In this document: positions 46,401-60,313 of the stretch, piece by piece
Position numbering within the stretch: position 1 is the first letter of the stretch
How the letters are laid out: each line of letters begins with the position of its first letter
Origin: Paecilomyces variotii
Lineage: Eukaryota
Reading direction: 5' to 3' (one strand)
DNA: 64,000 bases
NCBI GenBank assembly: GCA_004022145.1
Contig: RCNU01000004.1
Position numbers and translations under genes: made by a program
Notes under the pieces: generated by a model
What the model saw: the letters and a program-made list of their open reading frames with translations, nothing else
Database searches by the model: none
Told to the model about the DNA's origin: nothing

Positions 46401-49400
46401 AATTTCGTGGAGTTCGGGGTGATTATTCCTGCGTTCCCCATAAAAAGAAGATCACCCCACAATCCTGGTTCAACCCATGACGCGTCTACAGGCGACAGCC
46501 GTTGGACACATCAAGTGAACGCTGATTGCTCCCAATCTGTAACTGGATGCGTAAATGCGTAGGTACTCCGCAGAGTCCCTGGTCTCCTTTCCATCCACGT
46601 TGGCATCATCGACAGATTCTCCCAGGAAGGTGATGATGATGATGATGTGGGGGGTTCCACGGATATATCAGGTTCCTGACCCGGCGATGGTCATCGATCT
46701 CCAATGAGGTTTTGGCGAGATTAACATTAAGGTATCCAGGTCCGGACCGTGGCCGCAGTTCCCTTGCCCTGACCTGGCCGGATGCAGCATCATTGTTCAA
46801 GGTGACTTTGTGCCTATGCGTCAGACCTTGCTTGCACGAAAAACGGGGGTACGGCCACAGCGATCTACAATACCGCTCTATCGTCATTCATTTGCTGCCC
46901 TAGGCAAATAGTTAGCTCGCTCGCATGCGAGTTGGACTCCAGTGTACTCCGTATGTTCGCATGCCAAAGGATCGAAGGATGGAAAACTTGTCCAAACTAG
47001 GGATGCATGGAGAAAGCAAGCCAGCAGCGAGAAGTGATTGAAGGTAAACCACCTTTGCCGATATTATCGCAGAAACAGACCTGTAAAGTCATCCTCCGCC
47101 AAGAGAATTCTATGCATCTGCACCGTCAACTGCTTTACCTGACCGTATTGATCCCAAGTAACGCGACGCGACTACTAAAGTAAAATTGTAGGCAAGGGGT
47201 CGTCCATAAGGGACGGCTACCGAAAGCCTCAGGACACCTTCTCGAGCTTGAAACGGCGCACGCAATATGCAGGCCTCGGTGCTATACCCAATCGTGTCAA
47301 CAACTGCAGGCGCTATATCACTACCACCACGAATCAAAGCGCTGTACTCACGATCCGGCTCAACTGCTCTCTTACCAGCCGAGTACAGCTCATCTTGCTG
47401 CAACCAGCGTCTTCATTGTCCCGTATTCATTGGTAACATGTCTTTAGAGGAAGGGAAATCCCTCTCTGCCATCCACATCGACTTGCTGAGGGAATGGCCA
47501 ATTCAATATCTGAGCAATGCGATCGAAGGGTGCCGCCCTTCTCAATCTCTTGCAGGCACTGTCCAGATCTGCATGTCAACGTTCGAATGCTGAGAAGTGA
47601 AACGGAAACAGCAGCACAGGCCCTGTATACTGCTGCACGTCGCCTGAAGCGGACGAGCCCAGGCTGTGCGGGGCGCCCCGATGACAGAGCGAATAAGCCG
47701 AGTTCCGGCAGTTATTTGTCCCTCGACGACTGGACGGACTCCACGCGAGTAAACAATGATAGTCGCTCTCAGTCGAGAAGCCACCATCGTGTGTGAGCAT
47801 TAGAGTTCCGTTGCCGGGACATTGTTTTAAGGTTACAAGAGAAACACTTTGAGTTCACATGGATGTGGCTGATTCTCTCATATCGCAATCTCAGGCAATT
47901 GTGATCTTTTCAAGGGAACAGAGGAACGAGGCATATTATTGTCTCATATCTTCCTACAAGTCGAACTCGGGACCCGCCAAATCAGCAGCGTAACTGTCGG
48001 CCGGAAAGATGTATAGTTAAGTCACGATAAACTGACATTAATCATCTCTGTGAGCTTCTGGAATAGCAGAACACAGCACTGGCTGAGAGCGGCTTGAGAG
48101 AGATCCATTCGGTTATACTATTGGTCATATCTGTCAACCACGTTGACAGGTCCTCGCCGTCTGTGCAGGCCGAAGAATGTAGGCACACTTGTACAAGGGC
48201 CCTTCCATCTCGCAACTATGTCCGGTTGCGGCGGGTTAGCACAGTCCTCCCAGGCACATCGACAATCCTTCAAATACAGCATATTTTTTTTCTTTTGTAA
48301 GTGTTATTTCCCACGGAAACACAGCTCCGGACTACCACGTTCCATGGTATGTAGTTCAAATTTTCATGTTGAAGTGAACGACATGGCCGTGGGACATCTG
48401 TACGATGTGGGGAACGGCACCTCGCGAACCCTTCATGATACCAACACCACAGTCCAACCGATGGCCAAGACGGACTAGATCTGTTAAAAAATGATGATCG
48501 AGCAGGAGGCTTTTCATCGGACTTACTTGGCGTACCAACCAGCTTCGAGTTGGGTAATCGATCCCACTCGACCTGTACGACCTGCATTCTAGCTTTCCTG
48601 CTGTCGTTTCTTAGCATGATATTGCTCCAACTTGTCAACTCACCGCTCGACACCTGAGTGAACAACAATGGGTCCAGGATAGCAGGTTCCGTGGTTCTAA
48701 ACCCGCGAAACTTTTGAAAGAGCGGCTGAATCCGACGCTAAAAGGTCAGGTCTCAGCCTACCCGGATTAAGAAAAGGTATTCATCGGAGACCAATGCTAT
48801 TGCTGAGCCGACCACCGATTGAATTATATTATGCATGCGGACAGTGATCAGGTTGGTGACAAAACGTCCATGGCCATTTCGACTTCAGCAAAATTTGACC
48901 ATCGGTAACGAGGTCAAAGCCCCTGGTCAGATCATGTATCCTTCAACCTTGGAACCGTGGGAAAGGATCAAGTTACCGCAAGCAGCTGGGATGTCAATAC
49001 ATACGGAGAGCATACCATATATCTTGACTAATGATACTCTCAAATTTTTTCGAGATCTAACCAGATAACATCAGCTCACCAGCCTCACCGTCTTGGTTAT
49101 GCCGGCAGAATAACCGGACCATGTTCATGTCTCACCGCTTTCGCTATATCTCCAGGATTTGGCCCTTTCTACCAAACGATCTCGGGAACTTGCCCTGAGA
49201 TCACAGCATCTTACGATGAGTGATTATAATTGCTCTCGATAGAAGGACAGAAAGGATGCTAGACAGACGTTGGCATGTTTTGCCAACAGTGAATGCAGAA
49301 CCCAGTCACTCTTCTCGATGATAGTTACCTAATCATCTTGTCTCACGATGTCAGACTCGTCCCTGACGGTTTTCCCCTCGAAACATAACCGTTATTGATA

Positions 49401-51019
49401 AACGAGAATTACTAGAAACGACCTCATGAGACTCGAAAGGATTTCTTTAGGAGAAACATTCCAAGCTTTCCGCGCATTTGACACCGGATTGTGTTCATTA
49501 TAAGAGGCAAAGAGATCACTTTCGCAAGGTGAAACGATCCACTCACTGAACACTAATTACGAGCAGCTTGTGGGACTGGCAGTGGGGAGTCGTCAGCTTG
49601 GATGTGATATGGTACGATATCAACTCAACTGATGTCTGCGGGGCTCAGCTCGCGAGAGTCCTGTTCTCTCTCTTTTTCCCTTTTAAAGAGAGGTCCTTGG
49701 GATAATCTCTATGCAACATGACCGGGACAAGATTTTGGCCCGTAGACGGGCAGACATCCATCTAACAGTTGCACTGGAGATTTCTGTGCAGAGAAAACTC
49801 ACTTCTCCCGTTCTTACAGCTCAGATAAACTCCCCCAATCTTTGCCACTGTGCGCTGTTCGTTGTGGAACCTCTCACTGCAGGTCTAAAGTGCCACCTTG
49901 AGGACCACTTTATGAACAGAAGTTGGAAGTCCTATGCAGTCTTTCATAAGAAGTTTTGCTCGCTTGCACATGCCTCTAAAACTTGCTTGCATGTAGTGCC
50001 TGTCCCGTTGATCTACTGTGATTGGTGATAAATCTCCGTAGAGGCTCGTCACTACTACGGTTGGCATAGTCTTGTCAAAACAGTGCGTTCGGGTACATCC
50101 CTGCAACACCGGTAGGCTTGGAGGTGGCGATGCGTACCCATGTCGAGGGACGCTCCCCGGTAAAATAAGAGAAATATTCGTATGGTATCTACCCGGGAAG
50201 TTGAAATTGACAACTACCCTGGCGCTTCTTACTGTCCTCTCTTAGTTACTGCTCATGGGACTATAGGCTTCCTCTGTTTCGTTCGTTTGGCTGGATAGCC
50301 AATGATATCAATAGTTCTATAGTATCAATTATGCGCACTATTAATCTGCGTCTAATATACACTATATCCTACTGTATATATCATAGAACAAATTTCAACT
50401 ACTATCTTTCCATTGTGGACTTCTGCCTATATAGTGTTATTGTTGTATGCTACCTCGCCGCTATTTCCCAGTAAACTGTTTCGCAATGCGGAAATCGGTA
50501 CTGTATAAACCACTTGTTCCTTTTACTGCACAATAACAATGAGAGAAGTACAACGCTATTCTCCGTTATTAAGAGCACTATAATGACATTAGCTTTATTC
50601 TCTACGCCTTACCATTCCATTGACAACAAAGAATATGGAAGTTAAGTAGGAAATTGAAGGCCCTTCCCCGTGTTACTCCATGTTTATAGCGGGTCTTGAT
50701 GAACAATTCCACGTTGAAATCCTGCAGGGAGAATAAACAACAATGATGGACCCGTCCCTCCAGTCAATCCTTGACATCAAAGTAATCTGTATCGAAACGC
50801 CCAGCCTTGTTGTGTTTCAAGGTGCAGATAACTCTTCTTTCTGTTGGCAGTTCCCATTGTACTCGTTGTACGCTCAATGCTGTCTGATATAAAAACGACG
50901 CTGACTATTTTCGAATTACGTACCAACGAGGTCTTCTCTTCTTCTTTTTCTTATCCATATTGCATCCCTACGTGTTATCAGTTATCTCAAAAGGCAGATT
51001 TCATCTTGCAAGAGCCAAC

Positions 51020-52291
51020 ATGTGCCAACTCACAGTGAACTGGCATATCTGTAGCCACCTCGTCCCTCAGAAGGAGACTTGTCAATTCGACAGCCTTTCT
51101 GAACACAAACCGCGTGAGAGTACAGCCATATTTGATGAATCTCTCTGTTGGCTATGCGAACAATCCCCGTCGGAGTTCATCAATGCTATGGTTACTACTC
51201 AACTGACGGCACAGGATGTCATCAATGCACTGGGTGTATCTGAAAACCATCCAAACCTGATGACCATCATTGGAAAATATTTTGACAGATATGAGAATGG
51301 ACATATGTCTAATATGAGGTTCAGATTCGATAGGGTTCTGGATGGTTTGGATATGCCACGGCCTGAAGGTCACGAGCAGAATCTGAACGCGCAATTGAAT
51401 GCTCTTTCGGCGTTGGCTGCTGTCAACAATGCGCATACTTCCGCGAATATGCAGTCTCTTTCTCAGCTTCAAGCCCAGGGACTGGGTGCATCAATCGCGG
51501 GAAACCAGAGCAATATGGCAATCACTAGTATGTCGATGCCAAATGGTGGAAATGTCTCCAGTGATCAACAAGATACTGTTAATCCCGCACACATGACTGT
51601 GGGAAATACCACCGCAGAGCTCCTCGACTTGGACGACATGTTCCCGACGTTGGATGACCACCAGTCACTGATCACTATGGAGCATCTGGAGTCGCTGCAG
51701 GCGCACAGAGACATGGATATTTCCGACACAGAAAGCAGCGATAGTGAGGATTCTGTGGGAACTCCCGGTGTTGAAAACACTGTGAGACAATCTACTCCTG
51801 CGAATGCGGCTACCAAGGCAGAAACTAATCGCAGGATGACTAGTAAGATCTCGGGAAATAAACAGCCGTCGCCAGCGAGAACTGAATTTCATGAGCATGT
51901 GTTCGAATTAGACCGTGTCATGTCTGAAGACCAAAACATTACCTCTCAAACGCAATCCAACATTTCATATCCGTTGTACACTCAGAACACTCAAATCGAT
52001 CATCTGACATCTGCTGAACATCGTGAATTTTCGAGCTCCAATCTACACCATCTGACCGTCATTAATGCTTTGAATCATCAGCTGGAAACTCAAGGTCCGA
52101 GCTACGAACTTGTACAGGCTTTGTCGAAGGAAGTGTCTGAAGGTGCGCAGGAAATGCAGGTGATAGGGGAACGATGGCATCGATTGTCTGATGCTGTGAT
52201 GAGGAACATCAGTCGCTACACTGCATCACAACTTCCAGAGCCTAATACGGGAGAAGGAATCTTACCCTACGCTTCTACCCCCTCAGACTGA
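51020..52291 (+). CDS. Hypothetical protein (~423 aa) with an N-terminal Cys/His putative zinc-binding motif
   Basis: ATG at 51020 starts MCQLTVNWHICSH...C...CWLC. The remainder is low-complexity N/Q/S/T-rich with a helical C-terminus. Intronless. Confidence 0.7.
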   Translation: MCQLTVNWHICSHLVPQKETCQFDSLSEHKPRESTAIFDESLCWLCEQSPSEFINAMVTTQLTAQDVINALGVSENHPNLMTIIGKYFDRYENGHMSNMRFRFDRVLDGLDMPRPEGHEQNLNAQLNALSALAAVNNAHTSANMQSLSQLQAQGLGASIAGNQSNMAITSMSMPNGGNVSSDQQDTVNPAHMTVGNTTAELLDLDDMFPTLDDHQSLITMEHLESLQAHRDMDISDTESSDSEDSVGTPGVENTVRQSTPANAATKAETNRRMTSKISGNKQPSPARTEFHEHVFELDRVMSEDQNITSQTQSNISYPLYTQNTQIDHLTSAEHREFSSSNLHHLTVINALNHQLETQGPSYELVQALSKEVSEGAQEMQVIGERWHRLSDAVMRNISRYTASQLPEPNTGEGILPYASTPSD

Positions 52292-52705
52292 TCCCAGCGA
52301 AGATATCTATGAGAAAAGGAAAAAATAATATTATGGATGATGATCTGAGCTATTATTCGCGCCAGGTACCCCGCATCAGGGAGCCTTATGGGTGCGTAAA
52401 GGTCGATTGTACTGGAGACATGAGGATAATGCCGGGTCTCCTTCGCCTATAACATTATTTATCTTATTTTCCGGCGTCATAACTGGGTCATTTCCTAATC
52501 TCGAGAATCCATTTATATGTGGTTCTTGAATTTTGTTCCTACTCTTGTTATTTTCTACAGAAGATAGCTTAGTTGTACGTAATAGGTAATCATAGAATGA
52601 GAATGACAAATGTCGTAACTTTTCCTCATATTCTTCTTCGTTAAACCTTTTCTCTCTATACGATAGGTTGATGAAAGTAAGGGGAGTCATAAAAATACAA
52701 CATGA

Positions 52706-54585
52706 TCAGAATCCCAAGTCACCACCATCTTCATCGAAATCCTCCGTGGCACTCATGTCTTCGTCACCATCCTCCAAACCCTGGAAGACCATGAATTTCT
52801 CGTTCTTCGCGTCAGTCTCATCTGCGACGACGTTTCCATCTTGCACTTCACAGTCCTTGAGCACGGATTCACGGCCGATCTTGCTTCTACGGCCAACGAC
52901 GCAGCCAGTCAGCTGACAGCGTTCACCGACTACAGCACCGTCCATAATCAGACAGCGGGTTAACCGTGCTCCACTGGCAATGTGGCAGTTAGCACCAATA
53001 ACAGTCTCCTTGATCACACACTTCTCTTCGACGGTGACATTCTCGGCAAGGAGACAGTCGCCCTTGGTCACCGTGCACCGCTGGGCAACACCCGCCGGAT
53101 AAGCGATCTTCTGAGAATGGGCAAATGAGGATGCGGCTGTTCGACCAACTTCTTCGATCGACTCGAGTTTCGCGAGGCGCAGAGAGACGGAGAGTAGAAG
53201 AGCGGAGTTGTCGACGCGTCTGATGAGGGGTGCAGAGGGCTGAGAGGGATGGACGTAGGCGAGGATTGGTGGGACAGTCAGGTCGCTTTTCTCTGAGGCG
53301 TCAGGAGTGGCATCTATACTAGAGTTGACTCGAGAAGCGAATCGCAGTTCATCGCGCGATTTTTGTGCCCCAAGGTGCCCTATAGGGGGTCTTGAGCCTG
53401 CCTTTGTCGTGGTCATGGCCTGGAGATCAACTTCTTCCTCATGACTGTCATCGTCATGGCTACCACTCTCTCCAGTTCCATCGTCCTTCCCTTCCAAGAT
53501 CTCTCTGAATCCCAGCTTGTCCGCCAGTCCTTTCTGCCATTCCGCCTTGGCCCACCAGCCGACCAGATCTTCGCTAACACTCTCAAATCTTTCATTATGT
53601 TTCGCCATCTCCTTGATCCAATAGGGGAAGATATAGATATGCGCATCTCTGTAGGTCGTCAGCATTTTAACTTGCGCATTCCTCTTCACGAGCGAATGGC
53701 GGAGTAGGAGGCCTTTGTTATCCTCCATCTTCTCTTTCAGACTATCCATTGGCATAGCAAGCACCAGCTTCGATAGCCCAAATCTTATCGATACCGGCCC
53801 ATCAGTCGGCGGGTATACGACAGGAGCCTCATCCGATTCTAATGGTGCTGTAGCGACAAAGTCTGTGACTTCACCTTTGACGCTCTCTTCCCTGTCTTTT
53901 GTCTGATACCAGACTCCCAATCCACCTCTGCGGCCTCCTTTTTCTCCACCCATTCCAACAATCTTGGGTTCTCGTGCATTCAGATGATCTCTGCCAGTAC
54001 CACCACCGAGAGCACCTTCTGTAACCATCCATGCTTCCAGGAGAGATTCTCCTGGGATGTCACATATCAGATCGCATGGCAGCAGGATGAAATCCGACTT
54101 GATGCAGGCCTGTACTTCTGGTAGACGCAGAAGTTCGGCTGTTCCGGTGGTCAAGGTCAAGTCTGCCGGTGCAAGTACAGATGGAGACGGAGAAGGGAGA
54201 GACGTGAGATGTGGGTTCTGCGAGAGAGCAGCTTCCAACGGAGGCTGACTTTGGGGTGGAGTGATAAGGGTAATGTCTAGACAGAAGCAATCGCGTTAGG
54301 ATTATGGGCCATCGATTGAAACAGCAATGTATATCCAATGGTAGTTGGCATTGAATAGCAACGATGGCTGCATGTTAATGCCTGTTTAAGGGACCTCTAC
54401 TCACTTGTAATGCCCATCCTGTAACACCAGTCTAGTGGATACCAGACCATTGGGCGGTTTGCAATGGGGACAAGAGCCTTGGGGAATTCTTCAGGATTCG
54501 ACGTGAACGTATTGAGCGAGACGCCAGGCCCACAAAGAATGAGGGCCTGGAAGCCCGTAGGAGGCACTGTGACAGGGTGTGGCAT
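52706..54585 (-). CDS. GCD1: Translation initiation factor eIF2B gamma subunit; 2 exons
   Basis: GFQALILCGPG..PKALVPIANRPMVWYPLDWC (nucleotidyltransferase-like), GTAELLR, LLPCDLI, DAHIYIFP and a C-terminal left-handed beta-helix hexapeptide region. Intron at ~54282-54403. Confidence 0.93.
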
Positions 54586-55187
54586 TTTTCCGCAGATGTC
54601 CCCTTGGACAGTAGACACTATCCTAGCAAGCTATTCGAAACAACTTCTGTTTGAATACAGTCCGGAGAGCTGCAGGTATATGATTACCCTCCGAGGACGA
54701 CCGCGATGAGGGGCAATGCCCACTTCTTAGTGTAGCCCTTAATAGGTGGGAGCAAATAAATGAATGATCACAGAGGAGGTATCCGGTCCATGCAACTAGT
54801 AGAGAGCTACTAACCCAGGAAACCAGAAACCACAGCCCAGCGAATCAATACCTATCGCGTACGAAGCCCGCTGACTCAATATCAAATCGCCAGACAAAAT
54901 CATGATGCCAAGCCCGTCACGTGTCGATAGCGATTGATGACTCAGCGATGACCCGCCTCCGGATTTCTGGAACGAAACAAACGAGACAAACGGCGTAAGA
55001 CGCGGGTAAACAGGAGGGGAGCTCCAGCCACATGTTTCCGGCCTCACTGCCCGAGGCAGCCGAACCTTCTCTTCTCCTTTAATCATCTCGTTATTCCTTT
55101 ATCAGGAAAGAAGGAGATGTTACCTTTCTGTTATACTGTCTCAGCCTTGCAGTGCGTATGATAGCCTAGCCCTTAGTTACCTGCCAA

Positions 55188-56545
55188 ATGTCGTATTCGT
55201 ACTCTCACGAGACCCGTCGCCGCCGGCCAGCTGGGACGGGCTTTTCGGCCTCGGGAAGACGTACAGCGCTGGGGTACTGGGTGCCGCTCGCGCTTACGGT
55301 GACTGTCGCGACAATTGGACTTGCAGCTTGGATATGGAGCGAACGCAACGACGACGACGAGAATGATGGCGGTGACGGGGAATATCGCGGGGGTGAACAT
55401 CAACCTCCGGAGTACGAGACTGTACCTCCGGGGGTTCCTGGTCCGGACTATGCCAGAACTACATCCACCGATATTCGTGACCAAGATAGCGCTGGTATGA
55501 TGGCACGCATGCAGGGCGCGCTGCGTCGCACGCCAAGCCCGCAGCAGATATTCGATGGTGCCAGCAGGAGAGTGGCAGCCGGTGTTGCCGCGGCCGGTGC
55601 TATGGTTGGAGGCGCGCTGACTTCCATCCGAGAGGAGGGAAGAGGGGACTTCGAAGATCATTCTCGGTGGTCCGAAGAGGTCAGCGCGAGAGAGAATACT
55701 GTGTCGCAATCAACAGCAGCAGGCCCAGCGATGAGCGGGGCTCTACCGACACGCGCAGTAGATGCGTCAAGCTCTCTTACCAAGAGAAAGAAGACAGTGG
55801 CCATTGTTGTCTCTTCTGAATCAGCTGATGATTCTGAAGACGCGGTTTCTGAACATGCTGTACGTTTCCTCTCACCGATATGATGCGTCTACTTCGCTCG
55901 TTAACCATGTCCTTACAGTCCATACTTTCCCACCTTCCGGAACATGTCGATCCTGATGCCACCAGAGTCTTTGTTCTGATTTATGCGCCGGATCTGAAGC
56001 ATTCAATCAGCAGTCAAAACTCGCTATCTCGGCCAGCCCCGTCGATTGCTTCATCTTATTCCAACATTGCACCCGAAGAGGCAACGGCGTCGGGCGAGCT
56101 CCCTGACGCTGAACTGTCAACGGTCGAACCAAAGCCTACAGACGAGTTTGAAGGGGCCACTCCTTTCTTCAAGATTCTGTACCGTCAGGCTCAGACCCTA
56201 GTCGAGAAGGAGACCATGATCATGCCGTTCAGCACGCGGACAGGCCATGTCCATTTGATCAGGCACTTATCCCCGGATCTTGTTTACATTCAAGAGTCTC
56301 TTACTGGCAATGAAGGTGATGCCGTGCATCACATTTCTGGCTGGGTCAGACAGGTGGTAGTTGTGGTTGGCGATGAAGGGGGCCGTGGTGGTCTCATTGA
56401 CAGTGATGACGAGTCGGCTCTTGGCGAAAAGAGTGAAAAGTGGTGGCAGAAGGAGGGTGTCACCGGCTTGGGCAAGCGCATCGATGTGGTCGATGTCCTG
56501 CGGACCGGAGACGACTGGAGACGGAGGGTCTCTGGTCAGGATTAA
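55188..56545 (+). CDS. PEX22: Pex22-like peroxisomal membrane protein of filamentous ascomycetes; 2 exons
   Basis: N-terminal RRTALGYWVPLALTVTVATIGLAAWIWSER TM anchor, plus FEDHSRWSEE, KTVAIVVS, SILSHLP, HLIRHLSPDLVY and VGDEGGRGGLIDSDDE. Intron at ~55860-55918. Confidence 0.8.
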
Positions 56546-57358
56546 TAAATTTTTATGATGATGAGTCCGCGGGTTATGCTCCATCCTTCCCTCGGATATG
56601 GCTCTCTGGTTTTCGCTGATGATTGCTGTATTGATCTTTCCTTTGATTCCCCTCGATTTATGCACATAACGCGACCTGTACTTTTGATGCTACTGGCGGT
56701 CTTTTCGAAAGTGACCCGTGCCTTTGTATTTTGATACCTTGTTCGTCTCCTAAAGATATAGCAATATAGCAATAATATAAAAATTAAACTTGATTGAGTC
56801 GTAGATATATTGGGCACGAGTTTGAGCGTTGTAGTGTAGTTTGGACATTGATAGCAGTTTATAGGGAAATTTCCGAGATCATAAGATATAAATAGATAAA
56901 TATATCATCTGTGCCTTGTTGTCCTATCTTATTACTCCAGACTCCAGACTTGAACTCCGGAGAACCCCCGGGGCGTTTATCAACCCGAATGCGGATGACA
57001 CGTGACCATAATTACTGAGGCTCACGCGGGCTTGGCATCAAGAACTCCGTCACTCCATGGAGAGCCTCACCTTGAGTGCTCGGCTATTATCCATCGCTTC
57101 ACCCTCTCTATATCTCGAACTCTCGATGGATTTCTGATTTCTGCCATCCAAACCCCTCATTACCCGGTTCTAGCCACCAGTTATCGCGGTGAGCTCGTCG
57201 TTGTGGACTCTGCCTCCCTTCCCCACATGTCTCGCGCGTCGGCAAGAACATCGAACTTCGGAGTAGAGGACTCGTCCTATACCGTCGCGCTGGCTTTCTT
57301 GTAAGTCGCAGACGAGCGCTGATAGTAGCGGCTGTGTCGCGCTGCTGGCATCGACAAC

Positions 57359-60313
57359 ATGGCCACCGCGGTTTCTAAACCCGCCTCTCAGCCCCCGAAG
57401 ATGAAGCGCCCCCCGCCTTTCGTTCAGACAGGGGGGGTTAACGGCGTTAAACCCTCGCAGCCATCAGCATCACCTTCCTCCTCATCTAAGCGTCTTCCTG
57501 GTGCTGGTCAACCTGCTTTGTCGAGTTCTGCCGGGGGTTCTGCGGTGAATGGCGCGAACAATCGGTCAATTCAGCGGCCGAAGAAGGAGATGCCGAAACC
57601 GAACGAGCCCGCATCACGTTTACAGAGACCCTCGACTAGGACATCTGTGGCGGAAGCTGATCGCCGCGTCTCCAAGAAGTTCCCTGAGCCATATGGTTTG
57701 TCTTACGGCCATACAGTCATTGGTTTGAAGTGGTATGCTGATATACATGATCGACAGTGAAAACAACTTCGTACATCCTGAAGAAGTATTCGAAATGTCC
57801 TCCTTCGCTCATAATACATCTTCACCCCACACATTTCCGATTCGACCAGCAGGATGGTAGCTTCCCATACAACTCTGAGATGAAAGTCATCATCGAACAT
57901 ATCCGAGCTGGGACTGTCCCCCATGACATGCTGGAGGAATTACTTAGGGCCGGCGTCAGGTTCTATGAAGGTAGAATTGCACACCAACCTTCCATGAAAT
58001 AGTATTAGTGCTTACATGGTTCCAGGCTGTCTCATAGTGCGCGTTGTGGATCACAAGTCAGTGTCCGCTCAAACAAGCAAGGCATCCAGCTCCACCACCG
58101 ATGAGAATAATTCTCCGTTTTCTATACACAACTATAACCAACATGTCACTCCCTCACCCTATGTCCCTTATCCGAAACAGAACCAAATCACCCCGGAGAA
58201 GACAGACAGCAAGTCTTCGGGTGCAGTGGGTAATGGGACAGACGCGAAGACCAATGGCGATTCTGCGGCCAACGGTGGGAAGCAGTCTGAATCCGGTAGC
58301 AGGACACCCGAGAAACAGGCTGCTGCGAAACCTAGAGTCTTCACTACGGTCTTACATCCGACTCCGCGCTCCCTGTATGCGGAACTGACGCTGCTCTCCA
58401 CGACTCCGGACCCCAGGGCCGTGAATAAGAAACAGGCTGCTCCTAATGGAGCATCGCGTACTCCATCGACTTCCGCTGCTGGCCCTCAGCCATCTCCGTT
58501 ATCGACCAATACGACGGATCGGGGCCCTCCCGCCAAGAGACAGAAGATGCTCGTGGAACCTCATGAGCTCCACGAATGCGAGTCTAAACTCGTAAGGGCA
58601 TTAGCCCCTCCGCTCTTCTTGGATCCAGTGGATAGCCTCGATGCGGCCCAAGATCTACTCAAATTTCTTGAGAGTCCGCTTCACCGTGACAGCCCGCCCT
58701 CTCCTAAGACAAGGAAACGGACCGTGGCTGAACTTGCTGCGGACGAGGCGTTGGCTGCTGAAGAAGAGCGATTCATGCTTATCATGGATGAGCGACTTGA
58801 ACCCACTGTCTCGGCAGCTGCTGGTGCTGCAAAAACGGCTGCTGTTGATGATGCAGGTGGTGTTGCACCTTTCGAGCCTCGTTTCTCTAGATTCAAGACT
58901 CTGGAAAATATCCGCATGCAGCATGAGGAAAAGGAAAAACGAGAGCACGAACGGAAGCTTCAGCAAGATCATATTAAGAGGCAACAGCAAGAGCAAGAAA
59001 GAGAGCGACGCAGGGCTATGGAACAACGGCAGGCGGAAGAGCACGCCAAAGAAGAGGCTCGGCGACAGCAACTTGCTGCTCAGCAAGCGCAGGCTCAGCT
59101 TGCAGCGCAACAACAGAATAGGCACGCCATGGCGCAGGCTAATGGCATAGGTCAGGTGTCCCAAGGACCGCAATCGTCTCCCGTAGTCCGGAATCAGACA
59201 CCTCATAATACTTCATCCCCGCTGGTTGGAAGTTCCATGGGAACTCAAGCTGGGGTTCCAATGACTATGACAGCTTCAGCGCAAGGTGCTGGTAGTCCCC
59301 CAAGACCGCCTTCAGCTTTGCAGCATGCTCACCCTGGTGTTATGGCCCATCCTATGGCTGCATCGAGAAGCCAGCAAAGCCAAAGCAGAAACGGGACTCC
59401 TCAGATGACCCATGGTACACCTTCTATGTCTCAAGCTACACCCGTTATGCGCAATGCTACTCCTACCCAGCGGATGAGTCATGGCAGCCCGAATGCTTCC
59501 AGTATGGCCCAGACACCAGTGATGGGTCACGCTATGATGGGCACACCGCAGATGAGCAACGGCATGGGCTTGACTCCCCAGCAACAGCAGCTGCTGATCC
59601 AGCAGAGACAACAGCAATTACTTGCGCAACAGGGGCATCTCGGACACGGGCAGTTTACCCCGCAGCAGATTGCACAGATGCAGGCAAATGTGCATGCTCA
59701 GCAGAATATCCAGTCTCACCAGCAACACATGATGCAGCCGCACCAACAGCAGCAGAATCAGCACCACCAGCAACAGCAGCAGCACAATGCTTCGATGCAG
59801 AAGTTGCAAAACCAGCAAGCATATCAAGCACAGCTGATGCGTGCCCAACTTGTTCAGATGCAGATGGCCCAGCAGCAGCAAGGACATCCTGGCCAACAGC
59901 AACATCACCAGGGAAGCCCGCCTCAAATGACCCCTCAGCAGCAACAGCAGCAGCAGATGCTTCTCAATGCAGCTCAAGCCAATGGTGGCCACCTGCCGCA
60001 AAACTTCCAAGGTATGGCCATGAACCAGCGTTATCAACAGCTGTATCAGCAACGGCTTCTTCGCCTTCGTCAAGACATGGCTCAGAGGTACATGCCCGAG
60101 TATGGGCCGCCTACTCAGTATCCGCCACAAATCGCCCAACAATATGGGCCTGGACTGGAGAGGAGCGCGCGGTCCTGGGTGCACGAGTTGATGCGGAGAG
60201 AGCGCGAGTCCAGTCAACAGCAACAGCAACGCGCTTCGCAAGTTGCAGCTGTCCAGGCGCAGGTGATACAACAACAGCAACGGAATATGATGCACGGCGG
60301 AATGGGCAAATGA
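57359..60313 (+). CDS. SPT20: SAGA complex subunit Spt20; 3 exons, polyQ C-terminus
   Basis: Motifs YILKKYSKCPPSLIIHLHPTHFRFDQQDGSFPYNS, FYEGCLIVRVVDHK, VFTTVLHPT, APPLFLDP and EEERFMLIMDER. Introns at ~57695-57757 and ~57971-58026. Q/M-rich tail. Confidence 0.92.

Noticed and set aside
45480..48668. Numerous 60-135 aa ORFs in the gene desert
   Set aside because: Overlapping on both strands, mostly non-ATG starts, and no codon bias or motifs.
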